The translations under genes and the position numbers were made by a program. The notes under the pieces are model-generated. The model did not search any database, was not told where the DNA came from, and saw only the letters and a program-made list of their open reading frames with translations. From a virus (lineage: Duplodnaviria > Caudoviricetes), in the IMG/VR virus record IMGVR_UViG_3300035696_000029, positions 19,819-83,818 of that record: a stretch of DNA of 64,000 bases. The stretch is one strand, 5' to 3'. Positions 36,352 through 46,171 of the stretch are shown in pieces; within the stretch, counting starts at the first letter, position 1; every line of letters starts with the position of its first letter.

Positions 36352-36861
36352 CTATAGCCCTTTTATGGAAGTGGTTGGTTTCTGATGTACTTGCCAAACT
36401 CGACTCACACGACTACGGCGTCGAGGCGACTTAGACAGGAAAACAGGAACCTTAGTATGACTGTCGCAAAAACGACGACCATAGAGTGCTACATAGTGAC
36501 CCGTAACATTTACAATTACAGCATGCTCGGCGAATTCCTTTTGATGTTTACGGGCATATTGAGCCAGAGTAGGCTTGCTATCCGACGTGTAGTAACCATA
36601 AACTGTGTACTGTCCAATTTTGCGGCTTTGATGAATGTACTCTTTGTAATAGGTGTGAATGGTGTATAGTCGATAGCCTAATGCGTCGGCAACTCGTTCC
36701 ATAAGCCAATTGGACATACCAGAAATTTGTTCCCGGCCACTGAGTTGTTTAGCTACCTCTATAATCTTTGAAACAGGAACTCCTGTGGTAGCCGATAATG
36801 CAGCCGGACCGCACCAGAGTGTGGATTTGATATCATTCTTCACAGGCAAAAGCTTGTCCAT
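36352..36861 (-). CDS. Papain-like (C39-type) cysteine protease-like protein
   Basis: WCGPAAL, VTGHYVAL and FCDS give a Cys-His-Asp order. The likely start is the ATG at 36861 (MDKLL); the track start at 37071 overlaps the upstream gene. Confidence 0.55.
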   Translation of the reverse strand: MDKLLPVKNDIKSTLWCGPAALSATTGVPVSKIIEVAKQLSGREQISGMSNWLMERVADALGYRLYTIHTYYKEYIHQSRKIGQYTVYGYYTSDSKPTLAQYARKHQKEFAEHAVIVNVTGHYVALYGRRFCDSHTKVPVFLSKSPRRRSRVSRVWQVHQKPTTSIKGL

Positions 36862-36875
36862 GAATTTGATTCTCC

Positions 36876-37118
36876 TCAAATGTTGCGACAGACTATTTGA
36901 AATGACACAGAATAGGAAGGCCGATACTCTGCATCTTCTACCGAACTGCTCAACTGAACACCTGTTTCTTTTTGAAAATGTTCTGCAAATTTTGCCAAAC
37001 GAGACGCTCGTTCTTCGTCTGTTGTTCCTTGCCAATCGCCCAGGCCGCATCCAATTGCATACAGCTTGCACAATTTATCTAAAAGATGCATCTCTTTGTC
37101 AGATAGAGATTCGCTCAC
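36876..37118 (-). CDS. Small hypothetical protein
   Basis: 80-aa ORF with an AGGAGG Shine-Dalgarno, right after a promoter motif. Confidence 0.6.
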   Translation of the reverse strand: MSESLSDKEMHLLDKLCKLYAIGCGLGDWQGTTDEERASRLAKFAEHFQKETGVQLSSSVEDAEYRPSYSVSFQIVCRNI

Positions 37119-37137
37119 GCTAAATTTCCTCCTCTCT

Positions 37138-37167
37138 TATACTACGGAAGACATTGATAAAACGGGT
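37138..37167 (-). promoter_or_regulatory. Putative promoter, class TTT-N13-CGTAGTAT(A/C)
   Basis: ACCCGTTT-N13-CGTAGTATA; both boxes identical to the 36311 site. Confidence 0.6.
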
Positions 37168-37177
37168 AGTTAGGTGT

Positions 37178-37218
37178 AAAACAAAACGGATCTGCACTGG
37201 TTAAATGCAGACCCGTTT
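37178..37218 (-). terminator. Rho-independent terminator after the 1136-aa gene
   Basis: Minus-strand AAACGGGTCTGCA-loop-TGCAGATCCGTTT followed by TGTTTT; the G-U pair forms only on the minus strand. Confidence 0.75.
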
Positions 37219-37232
37219 AGTGGGAAAATGAT

Positions 37233-40200
37233 TTATGCAGCAGTTGGAGGTTCAGTACCTTGCGCCACAGGAATAGTAGCCTTGGTTGGCATCTTGGGCT
37301 TACCGCTTTCATCGCGGTCGTTTACCCAACCTTGACCACCGGGGCCAGCATTGGCTTCCTTGGGTTCTTCTTCGACTTCTGTTTCGTCGACCTTGGGTTC
37401 TTCTTCGACTTCTGTTTCGTCGACCTTGGGTTCTTCCTTTTCAACTTCAGGAATATTACCTTCTAATTCTTCTTTGCCTTCATCAATGAAAGCTTCTTCC
37501 GCTGGAGTTGTAGTCAATTCAATGCCCATATTCTCAGCAAAAGCTTCTAGACCAGCAGCAACGTCATCCAAATTGTGGAATAGATCATTCACTGCTTCGG
37601 CCAATAGCTCGGGATTCTCTGTTGCGATTTGACGGAACTTTGGTCCTAGAGCACGACGTGCAGCAATACGAGTCTTCAAGGAAGCTGTCCGAGGAGCGTC
37701 GACCAAATCCAGATTCTCACGGAAAGCATTTATACGATCAGCCATTTCACCAAAGGCTTGCGTTAATTGATCAAGAGCTTCGGCTGCTTCAGGAGCTTGC
37801 TTCTCAGCAACAAAACGTAGCCGCGCAAACTTTGTGCTCGATGCCTTGCGAGCCTTGATTTTCTCCACTATAGATGCACGCTTGCTCGCGACGGTGTCTG
37901 GGGTCTTTGCTTCTGACATAACTTCCTCCTGTTGAGTGGGTTCCGTAGCGGCGGGAGCTTCCGTGGTAGCGGGAGCAGCCTCAGCAGGAACCTTGAATCG
38001 AACTTCAAACCATGAATCTTTTGGCCATGGATGATAGTTGTCATCAGATCTTGTAATTATAGCATTAGGAACAAGCTTCTTTATGGCAGCCGCTAATCTT
38101 TCAGCTGTCATACCATGACGATAAAAATACCCACGTTTTACAATATACTCTTGATATTTACCCGACCAACCGATGCTATCAGCAAGAGCAGCATCTTCAA
38201 GCTTTTTGATAATCTCACGGTTCGCACCAGCGAGATGTAATGAAGCACTCTTTAAACTTTGAATGTGCAAACGCTGAAATGGCAAATCAGGCGGAACAGT
38301 CTTCTTCATTGAAAAATCCTCTTTTCCAGAACTAGGTACGTTTTCCTCTCCCGTACCGGGTATAATAGGACCTACTCCCTTTTCTGGTTCGTTTTCTTCG
38401 GCTTGATCTGAAGGCACTCCACGATTGTTAACATTTATTTGAGGATTCTGTTGATCCTGCAAACCTTGTGTACCGCCCAAACCTGGTGTAGCAGCTTCTT
38501 GCTCAAACCCGCGTTCCTTATCGGAAGTTGGAGTATTTTCATGTGGAAGCCGTCCTGTGTCATTCTCGGAAGTTTGTGGACGAATGCCGTCATAGAATTC
38601 ATGACCTATTCCAGCAGTTTTCTGATCTGAACTGACATGGCTAGGAGAGTCGCTATAAGAGCAACCTCGTGCGTGACCTTCTTCACAAGCAGAACAGATT
38701 GATTGACCGCATTCAGGACAATTAAATTGAGGCGCATTACAGCAAGATGAATTAGGGAGCGAAGCAGTTTTCTTTTCTTTCATTTCAGGATCGCATTTTT
38801 CACAGTAACCTGTGGGACCAACCATAGTTTCTTTACCACATTTAACACACTTACCTGTATGACGGCGGTCCCAAATAGCAACTTTGTTCAATAATTCAGC
38901 TTCCATACGACATTGAATAACAGAAGCAAATTTAGATGCTTCTTTCCCATAAAATTCTTCAGCAATTACATCTGCATTGCAACAATTCGATCCGCCGTAT
39001 GAATATTCACCTTCAGTCACTGTACGGCCACAATTGCTGCATACTGCGCCAGGATGTTTCTTCATTTCTTCTTCATGTGTGCCAGGTTTTGCAGTTGTTA
39101 TTGCTTTTTTCTTTACAGGATGAAACTTAACATCTGATTTAGCTTTACTTACTGCGCCAGTTCCACCACAATGATGACAGTTTGCAGCTTCTTCATCAGA
39201 CCAATCTTCGCAAACAGGGCAGGGATATTCATCTTTAGCTTGCTTTTCTATAGGTTCGGTTGGTTGTTGAATATTTTTGTCAACAGTGTCGGGAGATACA
39301 ACTTCAGCTTTAGCTTGAGAAATATCTTCACTGATATCATCAGCTGTTTTGGAAAGTTGCTTCTCTAATTCTTTAATCTTACGTTCTGCTTTTTCTCGTT
39401 GACTAGGACGCTTGGCTGTATCACGTTCTTTCTTCCAAGAATCCAATTGACGCTGAATATCTTCATTTGCAATTTTAGAAATTGCCAAATTTTTTCCCTC
39501 ATCCGTTTTAGCTACTTTTAATGAAGATGCTTTTGCTGGCGCAGCTTTAGCCGGGGTTGCAGCGTCGGGCAGGTTATCTACAACAGCCGCTAGTGGGCTG
39601 CCCTCAAGCTTATCTGCATTTTCTTCTACATATTGCTTCACGAGCGGAGCAAATTTCTGATAGTAGGACTTCATTGAGTCAAAACCAAGACCTTTAGGAT
39701 GCTTATCATCTTTAGTCTGTTTTGCCCAATCGGGATAGATGTCTGAAATTTTAGGAATCGAATGATCGTTTACAATCCAATCCACAATAATATCCCAAAT
39801 CTTCAAGAAATTTTGAGCAGTCTCAGAACGCTGACTCTTATCTAGCCACTCAGCAAATCCTCTACGAAATGCCTCCATATCGGCTTTAAATTCGGCTAGT
39901 TCCTGACCAGTTGGAGCTACAGCATGTTCTTCTGTATCAAGAACATTGTACTCTTCATGCTCTTTATCTCCTACGTTCGGGCCACCTTCTGCAGGTTGAT
40001 ACATAGGATCTGTTAAGGGATCTTGCATCTTATCGATGAATTGATTAGCTTCCTGTTTGCGACCCAAGAAAGTAGACAGCAAGAATTGTGTGACTTGTTT
40101 TTCTAAAGGCAATTGTTGCACAGCAGGAGGGAATCGTTTGATTGCTTCAGCAAAGCCGCCCTTACCTTTATTGGGATCTAAGACGCGACGATCACCTAGA

Positions 40201-40643
40201 TTAGTGATAATAATTTGATGAATGGCTTCGTCTTTGATTTCGTCGTCACCCTTCAAACTAGGATAGAATTTCTTCTGGAACCACTTTGCCCAGTTCCAAC
40301 TTTCATCCACAGGAAGACCTGCTGCCCGGATGTAGGATTTGACATATTCATCCCAATCCTCATTGTAAGCCAACACGTTGCGTAACCATGCGGCTATCTT
40401 TGCAGCATAGCGATTCACGGGATAAAAGTTAGCGGGAGTCTGAACGGGCTTCCCCTGAAGATCTGCCAACTTAAAGACATATCCGTCAGGATCGACGACC
40501 TTGGCCCGAACACGGAATTGTGTACCGTCAACATTGGTAACAATGGATCCGGTCTCGAGCAAGTGAGCAACCCGGCTGAGATCCGCTGTATGCTTTTGAG
40601 GCTCTGTTTTTACAGTGCCCAAAAGTGAGGCGGTCAACTTCAT
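37233..40643 (-). CDS. Large modular head-associated protein (1136 aa) with zinc-ribbon modules and KxA motifs
   Basis: 3 KTA plus KVA, KQA, KEA, KFA, KRA and RTA; four Cys clusters (CPVC..CHHCGGTG, CSNC..CC, CVKC..CEKC, CC..CPEC..CSAC); acidic C-terminus. Confidence 0.7.
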   Translation of the reverse strand: MKLTASLLGTVKTEPQKHTADLSRVAHLLETGSIVTNVDGTQFRVRAKVVDPDGYVFKLADLQGKPVQTPANFYPVNRYAAKIAAWLRNVLAYNEDWDEYVKSYIRAAGLPVDESWNWAKWFQKKFYPSLKGDDEIKDEAIHQIIITNLGDRRVLDPNKGKGGFAEAIKRFPPAVQQLPLEKQVTQFLLSTFLGRKQEANQFIDKMQDPLTDPMYQPAEGGPNVGDKEHEEYNVLDTEEHAVAPTGQELAEFKADMEAFRRGFAEWLDKSQRSETAQNFLKIWDIIVDWIVNDHSIPKISDIYPDWAKQTKDDKHPKGLGFDSMKSYYQKFAPLVKQYVEENADKLEGSPLAAVVDNLPDAATPAKAAPAKASSLKVAKTDEGKNLAISKIANEDIQRQLDSWKKERDTAKRPSQREKAERKIKELEKQLSKTADDISEDISQAKAEVVSPDTVDKNIQQPTEPIEKQAKDEYPCPVCEDWSDEEAANCHHCGGTGAVSKAKSDVKFHPVKKKAITTAKPGTHEEEMKKHPGAVCSNCGRTVTEGEYSYGGSNCCNADVIAEEFYGKEASKFASVIQCRMEAELLNKVAIWDRRHTGKCVKCGKETMVGPTGYCEKCDPEMKEKKTASLPNSSCCNAPQFNCPECGQSICSACEEGHARGCSYSDSPSHVSSDQKTAGIGHEFYDGIRPQTSENDTGRLPHENTPTSDKERGFEQEAATPGLGGTQGLQDQQNPQINVNNRGVPSDQAEENEPEKGVGPIIPGTGEENVPSSGKEDFSMKKTVPPDLPFQRLHIQSLKSASLHLAGANREIIKKLEDAALADSIGWSGKYQEYIVKRGYFYRHGMTAERLAAAIKKLVPNAIITRSDDNYHPWPKDSWFEVRFKVPAEAAPATTEAPAATEPTQQEEVMSEAKTPDTVASKRASIVEKIKARKASSTKFARLRFVAEKQAPEAAEALDQLTQAFGEMADRINAFRENLDLVDAPRTASLKTRIAARRALGPKFRQIATENPELLAEAVNDLFHNLDDVAAGLEAFAENMGIELTTTPAEEAFIDEGKEELEGNIPEVEKEEPKVDETEVEEEPKVDETEVEEEPKEANAGPGGQGWVNDRDESGKPKMPTKATIPVAQGTEPPTAA
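37358..37436. repeat. 33-bp tandem repeat (about 2.4 copies) encoding EEEPKVDETEV
   Basis: CCTTGGGTTCTTCTTCGACTTCTGTTTCGTCGA at 37358 and 37391, with a partial copy at 37424. Confidence 0.9.
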
Positions 40644-40652
40644 AGTTACTCC

Positions 40653-40895
40653 TTAGTCGAGCACTTCGTCGTTCGGGTTCCAATCTTGCTTCTTGTCATC
40701 CTTGAGTACATTTTCAAGTAAATCGATATACTCAGAATGATCTTTGAAGGCTTGCGCATCTGCCGGAGTGGGTCCTTCGGTCTTTGTATCGACCTCTCCT
40801 GCAACTTTAGCAGTCATACGCTTTACTTCCGATGCATACAGTTCGTTCATCGAACCAGCATCTACTGATGCAATTTTCTTTCCCTCATTGGCCAT
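40653..40895 (-). CDS. Small acidic hypothetical protein with KIA/KVA motifs
   Basis: 80-aa ORF, AGGAG Shine-Dalgarno, directly upstream of the 1136-aa gene. Confidence 0.65.
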   Translation of the reverse strand: MANEGKKIASVDAGSMNELYASEVKRMTAKVAGEVDTKTEGPTPADAQAFKDHSEYIDLLENVLKDDKKQDWNPNDEVLD

Positions 40896-40990
40896 GATGG
40901 TAAGCTCCTAAATGAACACAGAAAAACCGTGCTCTATGAAATAGCTACATAGTTGGGATTTTGGTATTTCACCGGGTAATTCCTACTCTC

Positions 40991-42940
40991 TTAAGTGATT
41001 GTCAAAATTGTTTGCGCTTTCAAAGGCACAGCACTGACAATAATCGGATTGAACAGAGCATCGTAAGCTCCAATTGTAAGCGTGGTGGTTGATGTAAAAC
41101 CGCTAGGTACAACATAGACTCCATTTCCTACTGTGCTCAAGAATCCCGAATTCAATCCACCTAAAGAATCATTCAAGATTAAATCAACCGGAGAAACATA
41201 AGTGCCGTTGTTTAGACCTACATTGGCCTGAATTTCATATGCTGCAAAGTATTGACTGCTCTGTCCACTCACTCCTCCAATTGTGACATTCAGGGAACCT
41301 CCAGGGATTCCTTGCGTAATGAAGATGTCAAGTTGCGGCTCAGTAGGACCAGCTGTAACGTGCACAATATGCTGATAGATGTTAAATTGAGTATCACTAA
41401 CAGAGACAGATGGACTTCCAACTGTTGGTGCAATTAAAACTGCTACCAAAAGTGTATTTCCTGGCGCGGTTGGAGCTAATCCAAAAGGACCACCACCAGA
41501 ACCTCCTGATTGTTGCACGATAGTAACAGAGTTCCCAGTCAATCTAAAAGTGAAAAGAGAAGCAGCCCAATCGGCGCTTATGCTTCCTGTTGCAGAACCA
41601 GAAATAGGAGTTACTGAATTCAAAATCTTATAGTAGGCTGCTCCAATACCTCCGCCTGGAGGTTGATTTCCAAAATGAGACCAACCAACATCTGGTGTAA
41701 AGAAATCTCCATAGGCAGAAACCATAAAAAATAGCGCGACTTCAGGACTGACAGCAGGTGTTAGAAGCGGAGTAGTTACTGCTGTGCCTGTGCCTGTTGA
41801 AGGTTCTTCTGTATCGAAAGTTGTAATTCCATTTATCATTTCGGCATCAAAAGCCGTGGTTCCTGTTACTTCGGTTAAATGCCAAAAAGAAGTAGGACTA
41901 TCAGCAGCAACCGCTGTTTCGTAAGCAGCTTGACCAGTGTTAATGAAAGCATTGTAATGAGTAGTAATCTGCAACGCGGTTAAAACAACTGTATCCCAGA
42001 CAGAAACATGAGAAATAAAAGAATGCATATAGGAAGAAATTGCAGGCCAGCCACCACCAACTGCACCAGGACCATTTGCAATTCGCCACCAGCCATTTTG
42101 GGAACCTACATTAGAAGTCACAGGTGTGGAAAGTATAAGTGCCCCATCGATATAAATATCCAGGTAAGCACCATTTACTGTTACAGCACAATGATGCAAC
42201 GATCCATCATTATAAGCGAGAGGAGTTAGAGTAGAAAGTTGATTGCTAACGCCATTGTAGAATCCGGCTCCAATCTTACCTGCCGTGTTCATGAAAACAC
42301 CAAACAGGAGTGAGGCATCTGGCGGAAGTTGATTTGGACATGCAGTTACAAAAAATCCGCCAGCAGTAGTTGTTGTTTGAAACCAGAACTCTGCGCTAAC
42401 ATTAGGATTGTAATTCCATGTAAAATAGTTGGCCGTATGGGTATAACCAGTACTTCCACCAAATTCCACTCCAATTAATCCGGGTGAAGTGATCTTTACA
42501 TTTTGTACATTTACACTAGCCCATAAAAGATCGACCGATGTATCATGAACTGCCGGATTAGGAACAGCTGCAAGACTAATGGCAGGAGTTATACTTTGAT
42601 CTCCCGAAGACGAATAAGTTCCCATTAAAGCCAATCCCGGTATAGTAGCTGGACTTCCTGCGGAATCTTTAAAAGGAGGATTCGGCATGTGGCAAGCAAC
42701 TTGAATCACACCCTGAAGATCAAATTGATCCTGTATGTACATTAGGTAACGATTACCATTTGTATCAAAAGACCAAGTCTTAACCGGGGTAAGCACGCCG
42801 TCGATGTAAATCTCTAAATCTCTAATAGGATTGAACGCGCCCAATGGACCAGCTGAAGAAAAAGGACCAGTAAAGGGACCACAATTGAGCACAATTCGAT
42901 TCGGAAAGGGACCGTTAGTTTGTATGCTGATAACCGACAT
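40991..42940 (-). CDS. Virion fibre or appendage protein with a LamG/concanavalin-A-like domain
   Basis: SAEFWFQT...YNDGSLHHCAVTVNGAYLDIYIDGAL...ISHVSVW pattern; T/S/G-rich beta domains. Confidence 0.7.
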   Translation of the reverse strand: MSVISIQTNGPFPNRIVLNCGPFTGPFSSAGPLGAFNPIRDLEIYIDGVLTPVKTWSFDTNGNRYLMYIQDQFDLQGVIQVACHMPNPPFKDSAGSPATIPGLALMGTYSSSGDQSITPAISLAAVPNPAVHDTSVDLLWASVNVQNVKITSPGLIGVEFGGSTGYTHTANYFTWNYNPNVSAEFWFQTTTTAGGFFVTACPNQLPPDASLLFGVFMNTAGKIGAGFYNGVSNQLSTLTPLAYNDGSLHHCAVTVNGAYLDIYIDGALILSTPVTSNVGSQNGWWRIANGPGAVGGGWPAISSYMHSFISHVSVWDTVVLTALQITTHYNAFINTGQAAYETAVAADSPTSFWHLTEVTGTTAFDAEMINGITTFDTEEPSTGTGTAVTTPLLTPAVSPEVALFFMVSAYGDFFTPDVGWSHFGNQPPGGGIGAAYYKILNSVTPISGSATGSISADWAASLFTFRLTGNSVTIVQQSGGSGGGPFGLAPTAPGNTLLVAVLIAPTVGSPSVSVSDTQFNIYQHIVHVTAGPTEPQLDIFITQGIPGGSLNVTIGGVSGQSSQYFAAYEIQANVGLNNGTYVSPVDLILNDSLGGLNSGFLSTVGNGVYVVPSGFTSTTTLTIGAYDALFNPIIVSAVPLKAQTILTIT

Positions 42941-43917
42941 TACTTTTCCTCATACTTACGGTATTTATTCAGTTCTTCTTCCATCAGATCTTCAAATGCC
43001 TTTTCTTCCTCTGGTGTTCGCTTTTGATATTCCAACGGAGGCGGCATCTTTTCCGGTTTGCGCCACTTCTGCATTCTCTCACGGATTTTATCCATGAGTT
43101 TCTTGCGCCAATCAAGTGGTCGTTGTATCCAAGCTGGCAACTTAGCAGGTGCCTTTTGTTCTTCTAAGGTTGCAGGTTGCTCGCGCTCTACCTCATGAGG
43201 TTCGGATTTTTGAGCTTCCTCTTCGAGATCCTTAAGATGCTGTAAATTCTCTTCTTCCTTCTTACTCAATTCATCAAGCATCCTCTTCTGAGTTTTCTCG
43301 TCTCTAATTGTACGAATCTTATCGACTAACTTCTTCCGCTTATCCAAATCTTGATCCTGATGCTTCTGCTCTTCTTGTTGTTTCAACAATTCCTTGTTAC
43401 GCTGTACTCGTACCTTGCGCAAAATGTTAGAAATGTTGTGCTGAACTGAAGGCAGAATACGATCCATTACAGCTTTACAATGCTTACAGATAACAAAATG
43501 AGTACGAAGATCTAATCGCTCGGTAGGAGCCGTTAGCAAAGGACGAGGTTCCCCTTCTAACCCATCCCGTTGATGCAGGTTCCACTGTGCTCCCCAATAC
43601 AAAAATGCAGGACAGGAACACGATACCCGTACATCTAAGTCTTGTGCACGAGTAGTCTCTTGAATCTTGCTAACATCAAAATGTACACGAACATCGTGTC
43701 CTGCTGGATCACTATCGGGCAAATTACAAGTAACTTTATATCGTAGATAAAGATCAGGAGGATTACTATCTTGTAAAACTGGAACGCAACCGGGTCGATT
43801 TTTAACAGAGAAAGCATTAGTCTGTTGAACTAGTTCGGGAAGGGAAATGGCAACCTTATGAGTCTTGGGGTTCAGCAATTGACCAAGTTTGACTTTGATG
43901 TACACCCGTTCGTCCAT
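42940..43917 (-). CDS. SWIM zinc-finger protein with charged coiled-coil tail
   Basis: VRVSCSCPAFLYWG...ICKHCKAV (CxC...CxH). Confidence 0.7.
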   Translation of the reverse strand: MDERVYIKVKLGQLLNPKTHKVAISLPELVQQTNAFSVKNRPGCVPVLQDSNPPDLYLRYKVTCNLPDSDPAGHDVRVHFDVSKIQETTRAQDLDVRVSCSCPAFLYWGAQWNLHQRDGLEGEPRPLLTAPTERLDLRTHFVICKHCKAVMDRILPSVQHNISNILRKVRVQRNKELLKQQEEQKHQDQDLDKRKKLVDKIRTIRDEKTQKRMLDELSKKEEENLQHLKDLEEEAQKSEPHEVEREQPATLEEQKAPAKLPAWIQRPLDWRKKLMDKIRERMQKWRKPEKMPPPLEYQKRTPEEEKAFEDLMEEELNKYRKYEEK

Positions 43918-43951
43918 TTGAGAAACCTACCCTCAAATTGGTAACGGGTAG

Positions 43952-44323
43952 TTAAATTGTTGGTTCTGAGGTTACTGGAGTCGGGGTTGTTTCTTCTTCT
44001 GTAATGACTGTTTTGGGCTTTTTTGTTGATCTATTGGATTTGCTAGGGGCAGAAGTTTCGTTTGCCGTAGCAGGAGCTGGAGGAGCAGGAACCACCACAG
44101 GGGATTTGGCAGGAGTCTGATTTGTAGTCTCTTCGAAAATACCAGCTTTTACCATTCCAGCCATACTTAATGGTGTCTGATGTAGCACCTTCACAATGTT
44201 AGCATTACGATAGACGGTTAAACGTTGAGCAGCTGTATCATAGAGTAGAACATCTCCGGTTCGGAGGTAAAATTGGCAATCTTCAACGCACAAAGTGGCT
44301 TTGACAATGTAACTTTTCTGCAT
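43952..44323 (-). CDS. Hypothetical protein with Pro/Thr-rich tail
   Basis: 123-aa ORF downstream of the capsid terminator. Confidence 0.6.
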   Translation of the reverse strand: MQKSYIVKATLCVEDCQFYLRTGDVLLYDTAAQRLTVYRNANIVKVLHQTPLSMAGMVKAGIFEETTNQTPAKSPVVVPAPPAPATANETSAPSKSNRSTKKPKTVITEEETTPTPVTSEPTI

Positions 44324-44394
44324 TCAGGAGGCTCCAAAGATAAATACTAGGAATTTGTGTACAATTAAGGATTTGATAGCGAAAATCTGACCCT

Positions 44395-44427
44395 AAAATG
44401 AAAATGGGCTGGATTTCTCCAGCCCAT
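44395..44427 (-). terminator. Rho-independent terminator after the major capsid gene
   Basis: ATGGGCTGGA-GAAA-TCCAGCCCAT followed by TTTCATTTT on the minus strand. Confidence 0.85.
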
Positions 44428-44454
44428 CTCACTAAATCTAAACGACGCCAAAGT

Positions 44455-45414
44455 TTACAGTTCACCAACGTTGCTGGTCGAGTTGTAGCGACCGTTAACA
44501 GTGAGACGCTGTACACCGCTTGGGTTGAAGACCAAGAAGCCAAGGTTCTCAAAAATCGAGAAACCAATCTGGCGTAGGTCAGGACGATCGGCGGACATAA
44601 CCGTGAGAGGAATACGCTCAGGGATAACACCAAGGAACTCAGCATCAGCCAGAATGTAGATAGAGCCGTAGCCCACACGACGAGACTGGAGAAGCGTTGC
44701 GCCCCAGAGGTAGCCCATAACGCCCGTCTTCAACAGCTTGCGCTGTGTTTCACGGTCGATATTCTGTTGCGTCCACTTCAACAAGTCGGTATAATCACGA
44801 GGATTGAAGAAGATGAAGTTCACAGAGATATCATGGCGTTGGACCTGACCGAAACCATCGGCCATGGAGTTGATGTCCACGGGTGCGTTGATTGCGATAT
44901 CAGGGTTGTAAATTGGATCAAAGGTGCTCTTACCAACAGCGGTTGTTGCGATGTTATCGAACAACGTGAAGATATAAGCGTCTTCCTGTGCACCAACTTC
45001 GGCTTTCGCCAAGTTGAGTGAACGGGCAACCAAATCAAATCTACGTTCTTTGATTTGGGTGATCGGAATCATTGGATTGGACGCGATTTCAAAGGTTGGC
45101 ACGGTGACGCGCTTTGGCTTTGTCACACGGACCACATCGCCACCTTCTTCACCAATGACAAAGGCTTCTACGAAGCTTCCACCAGGGGTTGTGCCCACGG
45201 TTTCGGCTTGGGTATCAAATTCCTTATCATAGATGGGCAATGCGCCATCCGGAAGCGTTTCTACCATCAATGCCTTGCGAGCGATTGACATGTAGTCACG
45301 GCGACGACGGAGGGATGGACCCAACGAGGCCGCTAACTTTTGACGACCACCTGCAGTCTTGAGTAATTGACCGAGCATAGCCGTCTGTTGCTGAGTACGA
45401 GATAGATTAGGCAT
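44455..45414 (-). CDS. Major capsid protein (HK97-like fold)
   Basis: 319 aa; RRRRDYMSIARKALMVETLPDGALPIYDK, VTVPTFEIASNPMIPITQIKERRFDLVAR, GVMGYLWGATL; canonical position after protease, scaffold and decoration genes, followed by a terminator. Confidence 0.85.
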   Translation of the reverse strand: MPNLSRTQQQTAMLGQLLKTAGGRQKLAASLGPSLRRRRDYMSIARKALMVETLPDGALPIYDKEFDTQAETVGTTPGGSFVEAFVIGEEGGDVVRVTKPKRVTVPTFEIASNPMIPITQIKERRFDLVARSLNLAKAEVGAQEDAYIFTLFDNIATTAVGKSTFDPIYNPDIAINAPVDINSMADGFGQVQRHDISVNFIFFNPRDYTDLLKWTQQNIDRETQRKLLKTGVMGYLWGATLLQSRRVGYGSIYILADAEFLGVIPERIPLTVMSADRPDLRQIGFSIFENLGFLVFNPSGVQRLTVNGRYNSTSNVGEL

Positions 45415-45439
45415 ATATTCTCCTTAATGTCCTTTTCTC

Positions 45440-45967
45440 TTAGAGCAGAGACGCTACACCGAGCCAAGGCTCGGACGCAGACGGTACGTGGAAGCAAATT
45501 CCAACTGCTGGAGAGGCTGACCCCTTCAGTGCACTGGAAGTATACTTTCCAACGTTGCTGTTTGTGTGTCCGCCGCAATATACATAACCACCCTGTAGGA
45601 AGTTTGCGTTTGCGTCGTATGCTTCGTTGTTAACATTGCCGCGCCAAAGAGCACGAACAACTGGTGCCTTGCGGGATCCTGCTGGTCCAATTGCGCCAGC
45701 GAATTCGCCAGGTCCATTTAGCAACGTTGCGTAAGGAATGCCGGAATTATAGGTTGAATCTGTAAGATCGGCATCACATGGGGCAATAACGGGGGAGCCA
45801 GCCACTTGTGGCTGATTTTGAGCAAGAGTCACGATGCACATAATACGTCCACCGAGAAAACCTGCAGCAGTCAAAACTGCCTGGTCCGTGCCGGGATCGC
45901 CAGTGAGCGAAACATCTGGAACTGTCGTTCCGTCGTTCTGCCCATAGTAATCAAGCTTAAGAGCCAT
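45440..45967 (-). CDS. Head decoration or cement protein
   Basis: 175-aa Gly-rich beta protein immediately upstream of the capsid gene. Confidence 0.55.
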   Translation of the reverse strand: MALKLDYYGQNDGTTVPDVSLTGDPGTDQAVLTAAGFLGGRIMCIVTLAQNQPQVAGSPVIAPCDADLTDSTYNSGIPYATLLNGPGEFAGAIGPAGSRKAPVVRALWRGNVNNEAYDANANFLQGGYVYCGGHTNSNVGKYTSSALKGSASPAVGICFHVPSASEPWLGVASLL

Positions 45968-46171
45968 ATGGATCTCCTTGTAAGATCTGTTGCGTTTTTA
46001 ATGCAAGTTCTGCTTCCTTCACCAATCCAGCCACTCAATGAAGAGTAGCAAGGACTATAGATCAAGAGCAGTGTGGTGTAAACCACGTTTCATTGAAGGG
46101 AATGTTAAGCGAAAAATTTCATTAATTAGCGAATGAAGATGGGAAATTCTCAGTAAAAACCGCTAAATCAC

